The translations under genes and the position numbers were made by a program. Shown piece by piece: positions 27,801-43,459 of a stretch of DNA of 64,000 bases. Origin of the DNA: Auanema rhodensis (Eukaryota > Animalia > Nematoda); assembly GCA_964057225.1 (NCBI GenBank), contig OZ059900.1:1488001-1552000 (forward strand). The letters are read 5' to 3'. Positions within the stretch are counted from its first letter, which is position 1. Every line of letters begins with the position of its first letter. Under the pieces are notes generated by a model. The model worked only from the letters and a program-made list of their open reading frames with translations, did no database searches and was not told where the DNA came from.

Positions 27801-30800
27801 CACCGATTTTTGGTACAAAATCTGTAATACTCGTAAATTTTGATCATATTCGTTAAGATTTAAGAATCAAACATACAATACACAAAATCAGTCTATTTTT
27901 ATAAGCTTGCACTGATATATATTCATTTTGATCAAAAAAGGTCGAAAATAGAAAGAATTTTTGAAATTTCCGAGTTTTGAGTCTAATTTGGCTAAATCGC
28001 TCATATACATGATCAGAAGCATAGTTTCATTGTCTATGACAACAAAAGTCATCAATTAAACGCTAGTGATGTTTAAATACTGATTTTCGCTCAAATAGCA
28101 TTACTACACTAAGTATGGTCGTTTTTATGCCTTTAACACCATATACTCACCGATTTTTGGTACAAAATCTGTAATACTCGTAAATTTTGATCATATTCGT
28201 TAATATTTAAGAATCAAACATACAATACACGAAATAAGTTTATTTTTACGAGTTTGCACTGATATTTATTCATTTTGATCAAAAAAGGTCGAAAATAGAA
28301 AGAATTTTTGAAATTTCCGAGTTTTGAGTCTAATTTGGCTAAATCGCTCATATATATGATCAGAAGCATAGTTTTATTGTCTATGATAACAAAAGTCTTC
28401 AAATATACACTAATAATGATTTAATCACTGAATTTCACTCAAATAGCATTACTACACTAAGTATGGTCGTTTTTATGGCTTTAACACCATATACTCACCG
28501 ATTTTTGGTACAAAATCTGTAATACTCGTAAATTTTGATCATATTCGTTAAGATTTGAAAATCAAACACACAATAAACAAAATCAGTCTATTTTTATGAG
28601 TTTGCACTGATATATATTCATTTTGATCAAAAAAGGTCGAAAATAGAAAGAATTTTTGAATTTTCCGAGTTTTGAGTCCAATTGGGCTAAATCGCTCATA
28701 TATATGATCAAAAGCATAGTTTTACTGTCTATGATAACAAAAGTCTTCAAATATACACTAATAATGATTAAATCACTGAAATTCACTCAAATAGCATTAC
28801 TACACTAAGTATGGTCGTTTTTATGCCTTTAACACCATATACTCACCGATTTTTGGTACAAAATCTGTGATACTCGTAAATTTTGATCATATTCGGTGAG
28901 ATTCGAGAATCAAACACACAATACACGAAATAAGTTTATTTTTACGAGTTTGCACTGATATTTATTCATTTTGATCAAAAAAGGTCGAAAATAGAAAGAA
29001 TTTTTGAAATTTCCGAGTTTTGAGTCTAATTTGGCTAAATCGCTCATATATATGATCAAAAGCATAGTTTTACTGTCTATGATAACAAAAGTCTTCAAAT
29101 ATACACTAATAATGATTAAATCACTGAATTTCGCTCAAATAGCATTACTACACTAAGTATGGTCGTTTTTATGCCTTTAACACCATATACTCACCGATTT
29201 TTGGTACAAAATCTGTGATACTCGTAAATTTTGATCATATTCGGTGAGATTCGAGAATCAAACACACAATACACGAAATAAGTTTATTTTTACGAGTTTG
29301 CACTGATATTTATTCATTTTGATCAAAAAAGGTCGAAAATAGAAAGAATTTTTGAAATTTCCGAGTTTTGAGTCTAATTTGGCTAAATCGCTCATATACA
29401 TGATCAGAAGCATAGTTTTATCGTCTATGACAACAAAAGTCATCAATTAAACGCTAGTAATGTTTAAATACTGATTTTCGCTCAAATAGCATTACTACAC
29501 TAAGTATGGTCGTTTTTATGCCTTTAACACCATATACTCACCGATTTTTGGTACAAAATCTGTAATACTCGTAAATTTTGATCATATTCGTTAAGATTTG
29601 AGAATCAAACATACAATACACAAAATCAGTCTATTTTTATGAGCTTGCACTGATATATATTCATTTTGATCAAAAAAGGTCGAAAATAGAAAGAATTTTT
29701 GAAATTTACGAGTTTTGAGTCTAATTTGGCTAAATCGCTCATATATATGATCAGAAGCATAGTTTTATTGTCTATGACAACAAAAGTCATTAGTTAAACA
29801 CTAATGATGTTTAAATCACTAAATTTCGCTCAAATAGCATTACTACACTAAGTATGGTCGTTTTTATGCCTTTAACACCATATACTCACCGATTTTTGGT
29901 ACAAAATCTGTAATACTTGTAAATTTTGATCATATTCGTTAAGATTCGAGAATCAAACACATAATACACGAAATAAGTCTATTTTTATGAGTTTGCACTG
30001 ATATTTATTCATTTTGATCAAAAAAGGTCGAAAATAGAAAGAATTTTTGAATTTTCCGAGTTTTGAGTCCAATTGGGCTAAATCGCTCATATATATGATC
30101 AAAAGCATAGTTTTACTGTCTATGATAACAAAAGTCTTCAAATATACACTAATAATGATTTAATCACTGAATTTCACTCAAATAGCATTACTACACTAAG
30201 TATGGTCGTTTTTATGCCTTTAACACCATATACTCACCGATTTTTGGTACAAAATCTGTGATACTCGTAAATTCTGATCATATTCGGTGAGATTCGAGAA
30301 TCAAACACACAATACACGAAATAAGTTTATTTTTACGAGTTTGCACTGATATTTATTCATTTTGATCAAAAAAGGTCGAAAATAGAAAGAATTTTTGAAA
30401 TTTTCGAGTTTTGAGTCTAATTTGGCTAAATCGCTCATATATATGATCAAAAGCATAGTTTTACTGTCTATGATAACAAAAGTCTTCAAATATACACTAA
30501 TAATGTGTAAATCACTGAATTTCACTCAAATAGCATTACTACACTAAGTATGGTCGTTTTTATGCCTTTAACACCATATACTCACCGATTTTTGGTACAA
30601 AATCTGTAATACTCGTAAATTTTGATCATATTCGTTAAGATTTGAGAATCAAACATACAATACACAAAATCAGTCTATTTTTATGAGCTTGCACTGATAT
30701 ATATTCATTTTGATCAAAAAAGGTCGAAAATAGAAAGAATTTTTGAAATTTACGAGTTTTGAATCTAATTTGGCTAAATCGCTCATATATATGATCAAAA

Positions 30801-33800
30801 GCATAGTTTTACTGTCTATGATAACAAAAGTCTTCAAATATACACTAATAATGATTAAATCACTGAATTTCACTCAAATAGCATTACTACACTAAGTATG
30901 GTCGTTTTTATGCCTTTAACACCATATACTCACCGATTTTTGGTACAAAATCTGTGATACTCGTAAATTTTGATCATATTCGGTGAGATTCGAGAATCAA
31001 ACACACAATACACGAAATAAGTTTATTTTTACGAGTTTGCACTGATATTTATTCATTTTGATCAAAAAAGGTCGAAAATAGAAAGAATTTTTGAAATTTC
31101 CGAGTTTTGAGTCTAATTTGGCTAAATCGCTCATATACATGATCAGAAGCATAGTTTTATTGTCTATGACAACAAAAGTCATCAATTAAACGCTAGTGAT
31201 GTTTAAATACTGATTTTCGCTCAAATAGCATTACTACACTAAGTATGGTCGTTTTTATGCCTTTAACACCATATACTCACCGATTTTTGGTACAAAATCT
31301 GTAATACTCGTAAATTTTGATCATATTCGTTAAGATTTAAGAATCAAACATACAATACACAAAATCAGTCTATTTTTATAAGCTTGCACTGATATATATT
31401 CATTTTGATCAAAAAAGGTCGAAAATAGAAAGAATTTTTGAAATTTCCGAGTTTTGAGTCTAATTTGGCTAAATCGCTCATATACATGATCAGAAGCATA
31501 GTTTCATTGTCTATGACAACAAAAGTCATCAATTAAACGCTAGTGATGTTTAAATACTGATTTTCGCTCAAATAGCATTACTACACTAAGTATGGTCGTT
31601 TTTATGCCTTTAACACCATATACTCACCGATTTTTGGTACAAAATCTGTAATACTCGTAAATTTTGATCATATTCGTTAATATTTAAGAATCAAACATAC
31701 AATACACAAAATCAGTCTATTTTTATAAGCTTGCACTGATATATATTCATTTTGATCAAAAAAGGTCGAAAATAGAAAGAATTTTTGAAATTTCCGAGTT
31801 TTGAGTCTAATTTGGCTAAATCGCTCATATACATGATCAGAAGCATAGTTTCATTGTCTATGACAACAAAAGTCATCAATTAAACGCTAGTGATGTTTAA
31901 ATACTGATTTTCGCTCAAATAGCATTACTACACTAAGTATGGTCGTTTTTATGCCTTTAACACCATATACTCACCGATTTTTGGTACAAAATCTGTAATA
32001 CTCGTAAATTTTGATCATATTCGTTAATATTTAAGAATCAAACATACAATACACGAAATAAGTTTATTTTTACGAGTTTGCACTGATATTTATTCATTTT
32101 GATCAAAAAAGGTCGAAAATAGAAAGAATTTTTGAAATTTCCGAGTTTTGAGTCTAATTTGGCTAAATCGCTCATATATATGATCAGAAGCATAGTTTTA
32201 TTGTCTATGATAACAAAAGTCTTCAAATATACACTAATAATGATTTAATCACTGAATTTCACTCAAATAGCATTACTACACTAAGTATGGTCGTTTTTAT
32301 GGCTTTAACACCATATACTCACCGATTTTTGGTACAAAATCTGTAATACTCGTAAATTTTGATCATATTCGTTAAGATTTGAAAATCAAACACACAATAA
32401 ACAAAATCAGTCTATTTTTATGAGTTTGCACTGATATATATTCATTTTGATCAAAAAAGGTCGAAAATAGAAAGAATTTTTGAATTTTCCGAGTTTTGAG
32501 TCCAATTGGGCTAAATCGCTCATATATATGATCAAAAGCATAGTTTTACTGTCTATGATAACAAAAGTCTTCAAATATACACTAATAATGATTAAATCAC
32601 TGAAATTCACTCAAATAGCATTACTACACTAAGTATGGTCGTTTTTATGCCTTTAACACCATATACTCACCGATTTTTGGTACAAAATCTGTGATACTCG
32701 TAAATTTCGATCATATTCGGTGAGATTCGAGAATCAAACACACAATACACGAAATAAGTTTATTTTTACGAGTTTTCACTGATATTTATTCATTTTGATC
32801 AAAAAAGGTCGAAAATAGAAAGAATTTTTGAAATTTCCGAGTTTTGAGTCTAATTTGGCTAAATCGCTCATATATATGATCAAAAGCATAGTTTTATTGT
32901 CTATGACAACAAAAGTCATCAATTAAACGCTAGTGATGTTTAAATACTGAATTTCGCTCAAATAGCATTACTACACTAAGTATGGTCGTTTTTATGCCTT
33001 TAACACCATATACTCACCGATTTTTGGTACAAAATCTGTAATACTCGTAAATTTTGATCATATTCGTTAAGATTTGAGGATCAAACATACAATACACAAA
33101 ATCAGTCTATTTTTATGAGCTTGCACTGATATATATTCATTTTGATCAAAAAAGGTCGAAAATAGAAAGAATTTTTGAAATTTACGAGTTTTGAATCTAA
33201 TTTGGCTAAATCGCTCATATATATGATCAAAAGCATAGTTTTACTGTCTATGATAACAAAAGTCTTCAAATATACACTAATAATGATTAAATCACTGAAT
33301 TTCACTCAAATAGCATTACTACACTAAGTATGGTCGTTTTTATGCCTTTAACACCATATACTCACCGATTTTTGGAACAAAATATGTGATACTCGTAAAT
33401 TTTGATCATATTCGGTGAGATTCGAGAATCAAACACACAATACACGAAATAAGTTTATTTTTACGAGTTTGCACTGATATTTATTCATTTTGATCAAAAA
33501 AGGTCGAAAATAGAAAGAATTTTTGAAATTTCCGAGTTTTGAGTCTAGTTTGGCTAAATCGCTCATATACATGATCAGAAGCATAGTTTTATCGTCTATG
33601 ACAACAAAAGTCATCAATTAAACGCTAGTAATGTTTAAATACTGATTTTCGCTCAAATAGCATTACTACACTAAGTATGGTCGTTTTTATGCCTTTAACA
33701 CCATATACTCACCGATTTTTGGTACAAAATCTGTAATACTCGTAAATTTTGATCATATTCGTTAAGATTTGAGAATCAAACATACAATACACAAAATCAG

Positions 33801-36800
33801 TCTATTTTTATGAGCTTGCACTGATATATATTCATTTTGATCAAAAAAGGTCGAAAATAGAAAGAATTTTTGAAATTTACGAGTTTTGAGTCTAATTTGG
33901 CTAAATCGCTCATATATATGATCAGAAGCATAGTTTTATTGTCTATGACAACAAAAGTCATTAGTTAAACACTAATGATGTTTAAATCACTAAATTTCGC
34001 TCAAATAGCATTACTACACTAAGTATGGTCGTTTTTATGCCTTTAACACCATATACTCACCGATTTTTGGTACAAAATCTGTAATACTTGTAAATTTTGA
34101 TCATATTCGTTAAGATTCGAGAATCAAACACATAATACACGAAATAAGTCTATTTTTATGAGTTTGCACTGATATTTATTCATTTTGATCAAAAAAGGTC
34201 GAAAATAGAAAGAATTTTTGAATTTTCCGAGTTTTGAGTCCAATTGGGCTAAATCGCTCATATATATGATCAAAAGCATAGTTTTACTGTCTATGATAAC
34301 AAAAGTCTTCAAATATACACTAATAATGATTTAATCACTGAATTTCACTCAAATAGCATTACTACACTAAGTATGGTCGTTTTTATGCCTTTAACACCAT
34401 ATACTCACCGATTTTTGGTACAAAATCTGTGATACTCGTAAATTCTGATCATATTCGGTGAGATTCGAGAATCAAACACACAATACACGAAATAAGTTTA
34501 TTTTTACGAGTTTGCACTGATATTTATTCATTTTGATCAAAAAAGGTCGAAAATAGAAAGAATTTTTGAAATTTCCGAGTTTTGAGTCTAATTTGGCTAA
34601 ATCGCTCATATATATGATCAAAAGCATAGTTTTACTGTCTATGATAACAAAAGTCATCAATTAAACACTAATAATGTGTAAATCACTGAATTTCACTCAA
34701 ATAGCATTACTACACTAAGTATGGTCGTTTTTATGCCTTTAACACCATATACTCACCGATTTTTGGTACAAAATCTGTAATACTCGTAAATTTTGATCAT
34801 ATTCGTTAAGATTTGAGAATCAAACATACAATACACAAAATCAGTCTATTTTCATGAGCTTGCACTGATATATATTCATTTTGATCAAAAAAGGTCGAAA
34901 ATAGAAAGAATTTTTGAAATTTACGAGTTTTGAGTCTAATTTGGCTAAATCGCTCATATATATGATCAGAAGCATAGTTTTATTGTCTATGACAACAAAA
35001 GTCTTCAAATATACACTGATAATGATTTAATCACTGAATTTCACTCAAATAGCATTACTACACTAAGTATGGTCGTTTTTATGCCTTTAACACCATATAC
35101 TCACCGATTTTTGGTACAAAATCTGTAATACTTGTAAATTTTGATCATATTCGTTAAGATTCGAGAATCAAACACATAATACACGAAATAAGTCTATTTT
35201 TATGAGTTTGCACTGATATTCATTCATTTTGATCAAAAAAGGTCGAAAATAGAAAGAATTTTTGAAATTTACGAGTTTTGAGTCTAATTTGGCTAAATCG
35301 CTCATATATATGATCAGAAGCATAGTTTTATTGTCTATGACAACAAAAGTCATTAGTTAAACACTAATGATGTTTAAATCACTAAATTTCGCTCAAATAG
35401 CATTACTACACTAAGTATGGTCGTTTTTATGCCTTTAACACCATATACTCACCGATTTTTGGTACAAAATCTGTAATACTTGTAAATTTTGATCATATTC
35501 GTTAAGATTCGAGAATCAAACACATAATACACGAAATAAGTCTATTTTTATGAGTTTGCACTGATATTTATTCATTTTGATCAAAAAAGGTCGAAAATAG
35601 AAAGAATTTTTGAATTTTCCGAGTTTTGAGTCCAATTGGGCTAAATCGCTCATATATATGATCAAAAGCATAGTTTTACTGTCTATGATAACAAAAGTCT
35701 TCAAATATACACTAATAATGATTTAATCACTGAATTTCACTCAAATAGCATTACTACACTAAGTATGGTCGTTTTTATGCCTTTAACACCATATACTCAC
35801 CGATTTTTGGTACAAAATCTGTGATACTCGTAAATTCTGATCATATTCGGTGAGATTCGAGAATCAAACACACAATACACGAAATAAGTTTATTTTTACG
35901 AGTTTGCACTGATATTTATTCATTTTGATCAAAAAAGGTCGAAAATAGAAAGAATTTTTGAAATTTCCGAGTTTTGAGTCTAATTTGGCTAAATCGCTCA
36001 TATATATGATCAAAAGCATAGTTTTACTGTCTATGATAACAAAAGTCATCAATTAAACACTAATAATGTGTAAATCACTGAATTTCACTCAAATAGCATT
36101 ACTACACTAAGTATGGTCGTTTTTATGCCTTTAACACCATATACTCACCGATTTTTGGTACAAAATCTGTAATACTCGTAAATTTTGATCATATTCGTTA
36201 AGATTTGAGAATGAAACATACAATACACAAAATCAGTCTATTTTCATGAGCTTGCACTGATATATATTCATTTTGATCAAAAAAGGTCGAAAATAGAAAG
36301 AATTTTTGAAATTTACGAGTTTTGAGTCTAATTTGGCTAAATCGCTCATATATATGATCAGAAGCATAGTTTTATTGTCTATGACAACAAAAGTCTTCAA
36401 ATATACACTGATAATGATTTAATCACTGAATTTCACTCAAATAGCATTACTACACTAAGTATGGTCGTTTTTATGCCTTTAACACCATATACTCACCGAT
36501 TTTTGGTACAAAATCTGTAATACTTGTAAATTTTGATCATATTCGTTAAGATTCGAGAATCAAACACATAATACACGAAATAAGTCTATTTTTATGAGTT
36601 TGCACTGATATTCATTCATTTTGATCAAAAAATTTCGAAAATAGAAAGAATTTTTGAATTTTCCGAGTTTTGAGTCCAATTGGGCTAAATCGCTCATATA
36701 TATGATCAAAAGCATAGTTTTACTGTCTATGATAACAAAAGTCTTCAAATATACACTGATAATGATTTAATCACTGAATTTCACTCAAATAGCATTACTA

Positions 36801-39800
36801 CACTAAGTATGGTCGTTTTTATGCCTTTAACACCATATACTCACCGATTTTTGGTACAAAATCTGTGATACTCGTAAATTCTGATCATATTCGGTGAGAT
36901 TCGAGAATCAAACACACAATACACGAAATAAGTTTATTTTTACGAGTTTGCACTGATATTTATTCATTTTGATCAAAAAAGGTCGAAAATAGAAAGAATT
37001 TTTGAAATTTCCGAGTTTTGAGTCTAATTTGGCTAAATCGCTCATATATGTGATCAAAAGCATAGTTTTATTGTCTATGACAACAAAAGTCATCAATTAA
37101 ACGCTAGTGATGTTTAAATACTGAATTTCATTCAAATAGCATTACTACACTAAGTATGGTCGTTTTTATGCCTTTAACACCATATACTCACCGATTTTTG
37201 GTACAAAATCTGTAATACTCGTAAATTTTGATCATATTCGTTAAGATTCGAGAATCAAACACATAATACACGAAATAAGTCTATTTTTATGAGTTTGCAC
37301 TGATATTTATTCATTTTGATCAAAAAAGGTCGAAAATAGAAAGAATTTTTGAATTTTCCGAGTTTTGAGTCCAATTGGGCTAAATCGCTCATATATATGA
37401 TCAGAAGCATAGTTTTATTGTCTATGACAACAAAAGTCATTAGTTAAACACTAATGATGTTTAAATCACTAAATTTCGCTCAAATAGCATTACTACACTA
37501 AGTATGGTCGTTTTTATGCCTTTAACACCATATACTCACCGATTTTTGGTACAAAATCTGTAATACTTGTAAATTTTGATCATATTCGTTAAGATTTGAG
37601 AATCAAACATACAATACACAAAATCAGTCTATTTTTATGAGCTTGCACTGATATATATTCATTTTGATCAAAAAAGGTCGAAAATAGAAAGAATTTTTGA
37701 ATTTTCCGAGTTTTGAGTCCAATTGGGCTAAATCGCTCATATATATGATTAAAAGCATAGTTTTACTGTCTATGATAACAAAAGTCTTCAAATATACACT
37801 AATAATGATTTAATCACTGAATTTCACTCAAATAGCATTACTACACTAAGTATGGTCGTTTTTATGCCTTTAACACCATATACTCACCGATTTTTGGTAC
37901 AAAATCTGTGATACTCGTAAATTCTGATCATATTCGGTGAGATTCGAGAATCAAACACACAATACACGAAATAAGTTTATTTTTACGAGTTTGCACTGAT
38001 ATTTATTCATTTTGATCAAAAAAGGTCGAAAATAGAAAGAATTTTTGAAATTTCCGAGTTTTGAGTCTAATTTGGCTAAATCGCTCATATATATGATCAA
38101 AAGCATAGTTTTACTGTCTATGATAACAAAAGTCTTCAAATATACACTAATAATGTGTAAATCACTGAATTTCACTCAAATAGCATTACTACACTAAGTA
38201 TGGTCGTTTTTATGCCTTTAACACCATATACTCACCGATTTTTGGTACAAAATCTGTAATACTCGTAAATTTTGATCATATTCGTTAAGATTTGAGAATC
38301 AAACATACAATACACAAAATCAGTCTATTTTTATGAGCTTGCACTGATATATATTCATTTTGATCAAAAAAGGTCGAAAATAGAAAGAATTTTTGAAATT
38401 TACGAGTTTTGAATCTAATTTGGCTAAATCGCTCATATATATGATCAAAAGCATAGTTTTACTGTCTATGATAACAAAAGTCTTCAAATATACACTAATA
38501 ATGATTAAATCACTGAATTTCACTCAAATAGCATTACTACACTAAGTATGGTCGTTTTTATGCCTTTAACACCATATACTCACCGATTTTTGGTACAAAA
38601 TCTTTGATACTCGTAAATTTTGATCATATTCGTTAAGATTTGAAAATCAAACATACAATACACAAAATCAGTCTATTTTCATGAGCTTGCACTGATATAT
38701 ATTCATTTTGATCAAAAAAGGTCGAAAATAGAAAGAATTTTTGAAATTTACGAGTTTTGAGTCTAATTTGGCTAAATCGCTCATATATATGATCAGAAGC
38801 ATAGTTTTATTGTCTATGACAACAAAAGTCATTAGTTAAACACTAATGATGTTTAAATCACTAAATTTCGCTCAAATAGCATTACTACACTAAGTATGGT
38901 CGTTTTTATGCCTTTAACACCATATACTCACCGATTTTTGGTACAAAATCTGTAATACTTGTAAATTTTGATCATATTCGTTAAGATTCGAGAATCAAAC
39001 ACATAATACACAAAATAAGTCTATTTTTATGAGTTTGCACTGATATTTATTCATTTTGATCAAAAAAGGTCGAAAATAGAAAGAATTTTTGAATTTTCCG
39101 AGTTTTGAGTCCAATTGGGCTAAATCGCTCATATATATGATCAAAAGCATAGTTTTACTGTCTATGATAACAAAAGTCTTCAAATATACACTGATAATGA
39201 TTTAATCACTGAATTTCACTCAAATAGCATTACTACACTAAGTATGGTCGTTTTTATGCCTTTAACACCATATACTCACCGATTTTTGGTACAAAATCTG
39301 TAATACTCGTAAATTTTGATCATATTCGGTGAGATTCGAGAATCAAACACACAATACACGAAATAAGTCTATTTTTATGAGTTTGCACTGATATTTATTC
39401 ATTTTGATCAAAAAAGGTCGAAAATAGAAAGAATTTTTGAAATTTCCGAGTTTTGAGTCTAATTTGGCTAAATCGCTCATATATATGATCAAAAGCATAG
39501 TTTTACTGTCTATGATAACAAAAGTCTTCAAATATACACTAATGATGTGTAAATCACTGAATTTTACTCAAATAGCTTTACTACACTAAGTATGGTCGTT
39601 TTTATGCCTTTAACACCATATACTCAACGATTTTTGGTACAAAATCTGTAATACTCGTAAATTTTGATCATATTCGTTAAGATTTGAAAATCAAACATAC
39701 AATACACAAAATCAGTCTATTTTCATGAGCTTGCACTGATATATATTCATTTTGATCAAAAAAGGTCGAAAATAGAAAGAATTTTTGAAATTTACGAGTT

Positions 39801-42800
39801 TTGAGTCTAATTTGGCTAAATCGCTCATATATATGATCAGAAGCATAGTTTTATTGTCTATGACAACAAAAGTCATTAGTTAAACACTAATGATGTTTAA
39901 ATCACTAAATTTCGCTCAAATAGCATTACTACACTAAGTATGGTCGTTTTTATGCCTTTAACACCATATACTCACCGATTTTTGGTACAAAATCTGTAAT
40001 ACTTGTAAATTTTGATCATATTCGTTAAGATTCGAGAATCAAACACATAATACACAAAATAAGTCTATTTTTATGAGTTTGCACTGATATTTATTCATTT
40101 TGATCAAAAAAGGTCGAAAATAGAAAGAATTTTTGAATTTTCCGAGTTTTGAGTCCAATTGGGCTAAATCGCTCATATATATGATCAAAAGCATAGTTTT
40201 ACTGTCTATGATAACAAAAGTCTTCAAATATACACTGATAATGATTTAATCACTGAATTTCACTCAAATAGCATTACTACACTAAGTATGGTCGTTTTTA
40301 TGCCTTTAACACCATATACTCACCGATTTTTGGTACAAAATCTGTAATACTCGTAAATTTTGATCATATTCGTTAAGATTTGAGAATCAAACATACAATA
40401 CACAAAATCAGTCTATTTTTATGAGCTTGCACTGATATATATTCATTTTGATCAAAAAAGGTCGAAAATAGAAAGAATTTTTGAAATTTCCGAGTTTTTA
40501 GTCTAATTTGGCTAAATCGCTCATATACATGATCAGAAGCATAGTTTTATTGTCTATGACAACAAAAGTCATCAATTAAACGCTAGTGATGTTTAAATCA
40601 CTGAATTTCACTCAAATAGCTTTACTACACTAAGTATGGTCGTTTTTATGCCTTTAACACCATATACTCAACGATTTTTGGTACAAAATCTGTAATACTC
40701 GTAAATTTTGATCATATTCGTTAAGATTTGAGAATCAAACATACAATACACAAAATCAGTCTATTTTTATGAGCTTGCACTGATATATATTCATTTTGAT
40801 CAAAAAAGGTCGAAAATAGAAAGAATTTTTGAAATTTCCGAGTTTTTAGTCTAATTTGGCTAAATCGCTCATATACATGATCAGAAGCATAGTTTTATTG
40901 TCTATGACAACAAAAGTCATCAATTAAACGCTAGTGATGTTTAAATACTGATTTTCGCTCAAATAGCATTACTACACTAAGTATGGTCGTTTTTATGCCT
41001 TTAACACCATATACTCACCGATTTTTGGTACAAAATCTGTGATACTCGTAAATTTTGATCATATTCGGTGAGATTCGAGAATCAAACATACAATACACAA
41101 AATCAGTCTATTTTTATGAGCTTGCACTGATATATATTCATTTTGATCAAAAAAGGTAGAAAATAGAAAGAATTTTTGAAATTTACGAGTTTTGAGTCTA
41201 ATTTGGCTAAATCGCTCATATATATGATCAGAAGCATAGTTTTATTGTCTATGATAACAAAAGTCTTCAAATATACACTAATAATGTGTAAATCACTGAA
41301 TTTCACTCAAATAGCATTACTACACTAAGTATGGTCGTTTTCATGCCTTTAACACCATATACTCACCGATTTTTGGTACAAAATCTGTGATACTCGTAAA
41401 TTTTGATCATATTCGGTGAGATTCGAGAATCAAACACACAATACACGAAATAAGTTTATTTTTACGAGTTTGCACTGATATTTATTCATTTTGATCAAAA
41501 AAGGTCGAAAATAGAAAGAATTTTTGAAATTTCCGAGTTTTGAGTCTAATTTGGCTAAATCGCTCATATATATGATCAAAAGCATAGTTTTATTGTCTAT
41601 GACAACAAAAGTCATAAATTAAACGCTAGTGATGTTTAAATACTGATTTTCGCTCAAATAGCATTACTACACTAAGTATGGTCGTTTTTATGCCTTTAAC
41701 ACCATATACTCACCGATTTTTGGTACAAAATCTGTGATACTCGTAAATTTTGATCATATTCGGTGAGATTCGAGGATCGAACACACAATACACGAAATAT
41801 GTTTATTTTGACGAGTTTGCACTGATATTTATTCATTTTGATCAAAAAAGGTCGAAAATAGAAAGAATTTTTGAAATTTCCGAGTTTTGAGTCTAATTTG
41901 GCTAAATCGCTCATATACATGATCAGAAGCATAGTTTTATTGTCTATGACAACAAAAGTCATCAATTAAACGCTAGTGATGTTTAAATACTGATTTTCGC
42001 TCAAATAGCATTACTACACTAAGTATGGTCGTTTTTATGCCTTTAACACCATATACTCACCGATTTTTGGTACAAAATCTGTAATACTCGTAAATTTTGA
42101 TCATATTCGTTAAGATTTGAAAATCAAACAGACAATAAACAAAATCAGTCTATTTTTATGAGCTTGCACTGATATATATTCATTTTGATCAAAAAAGGTC
42201 GAAAATAGAAAGAATTTTTGAAATTTACGAGTTTTGAGTCTAATTTGGCTAAATCGCTCATATACATGATCAGAAGCATAGTTTTATTGTCTATGACAAC
42301 AAAAGTCATCAATTAAACGCTAGTGATGTTTAAATCACTGAATTTCACTCAAATAGCTTTACTACACTAAGTATGGTCGTTTTTATGCCTTTAACACCAT
42401 ATACTCAACGATTTTTGGTACAAAATCTGTAATACTCGTAAATTTTGATCATATTCGTTAAGATTTGAGAATCAAACATACAATACACAAAATCAGTCTA
42501 TTTTTATGAGCTTGCACTGATATATATTCATTTTGATCAAAAAAGGTCGAAAATAGAAAGAATTTTTGAAATTTCCGAGTTTTTAGTCTAATTTGGCTAA
42601 ATCGCTCATATACATGATCAGAAGCATAGTTTTATTGTCTATGACAACAAAAGTCATCAAATATACACTAATAATGTGTAAATCACTGAATTTCACTCAA
42701 ATAGCATTACTACACTAAGTATGGTCGTTTTCATGCCTTTAACACCATATACTCACCGATTTTTGGTACAAAATCTGTGATACTCGTAAATTTTGATCAT

Positions 42801-43459
42801 ATTCGGTGAGATTCGAGAATCAAACACACAATACACGAAATAAGTTTATTTTTACGAGTTTGCACTGATATTTATTCATTTTGATCAAAAAAGGTCGAAA
42901 ATAGAAAGAATTTTTGAAATTTCCGAGTTTTGAGTCTAATTTGGCTAAATCGCTCATATATATGATCAAAAGCATAGTTTTATTGTCTATGACAACAAAA
43001 GTCATAAATTAAACGCTAGTGATGTTTAAATACTGATTTTCGCTCAAATAGCATTACTACACTAAGTATGGTCGTTTTTATGCCTTTAACACCATATACT
43101 CACCGATTTTTGGTACAAAATCTGTGATACTCGTAAATTTTGATCATATTCGGTGAGATTTGAGGATCGAACACACAATACACGAAATATGTTTATTTTG
43201 ACGAGTTTGCACTGATATTTATTCATTTTGATCAAAAAAGGTCGAAAATAGAAAGAATTTTTGAAATTTCCGAGTTTTGAGTCTAATTTGGCTAAATCGC
43301 TCATATACATGATCAGAAGCATAGTTTTATTGTCTATGACAACAAAAGTCATCAATTAAACGCTAGTGATGTTTAAATACTGATTTTCGCTCAAATAGCA
43401 TTACTACACTAAGTATGGTCGTTTTTATGCCTTTAACACCATATACTCACCGATTTTTG

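Larger units (their letters stand above)
8350..34400. repeat. Large tandem segmental duplication within the array: ~8.35-21.9 kb copied to ~21.9-34.4 kb (39-40 monomer offset, with whole-monomer indels)
   Basis: Rare markers pair at +13560: cattaactaa 8581/22141; gtcaatgac...aaaaatcatc ~9259/~22819; aaagatcg 9511/23071. Others pair at +13907: gaggatcaaac ~10478/~24385; gatcaataaagg ~11937/~25844; ORFs 10136/24043 to 12570/26477. Distal ORF variants pair at about +12515 (16742/29258, 17437/29953, 20915/33429). Confidence 0.88.
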
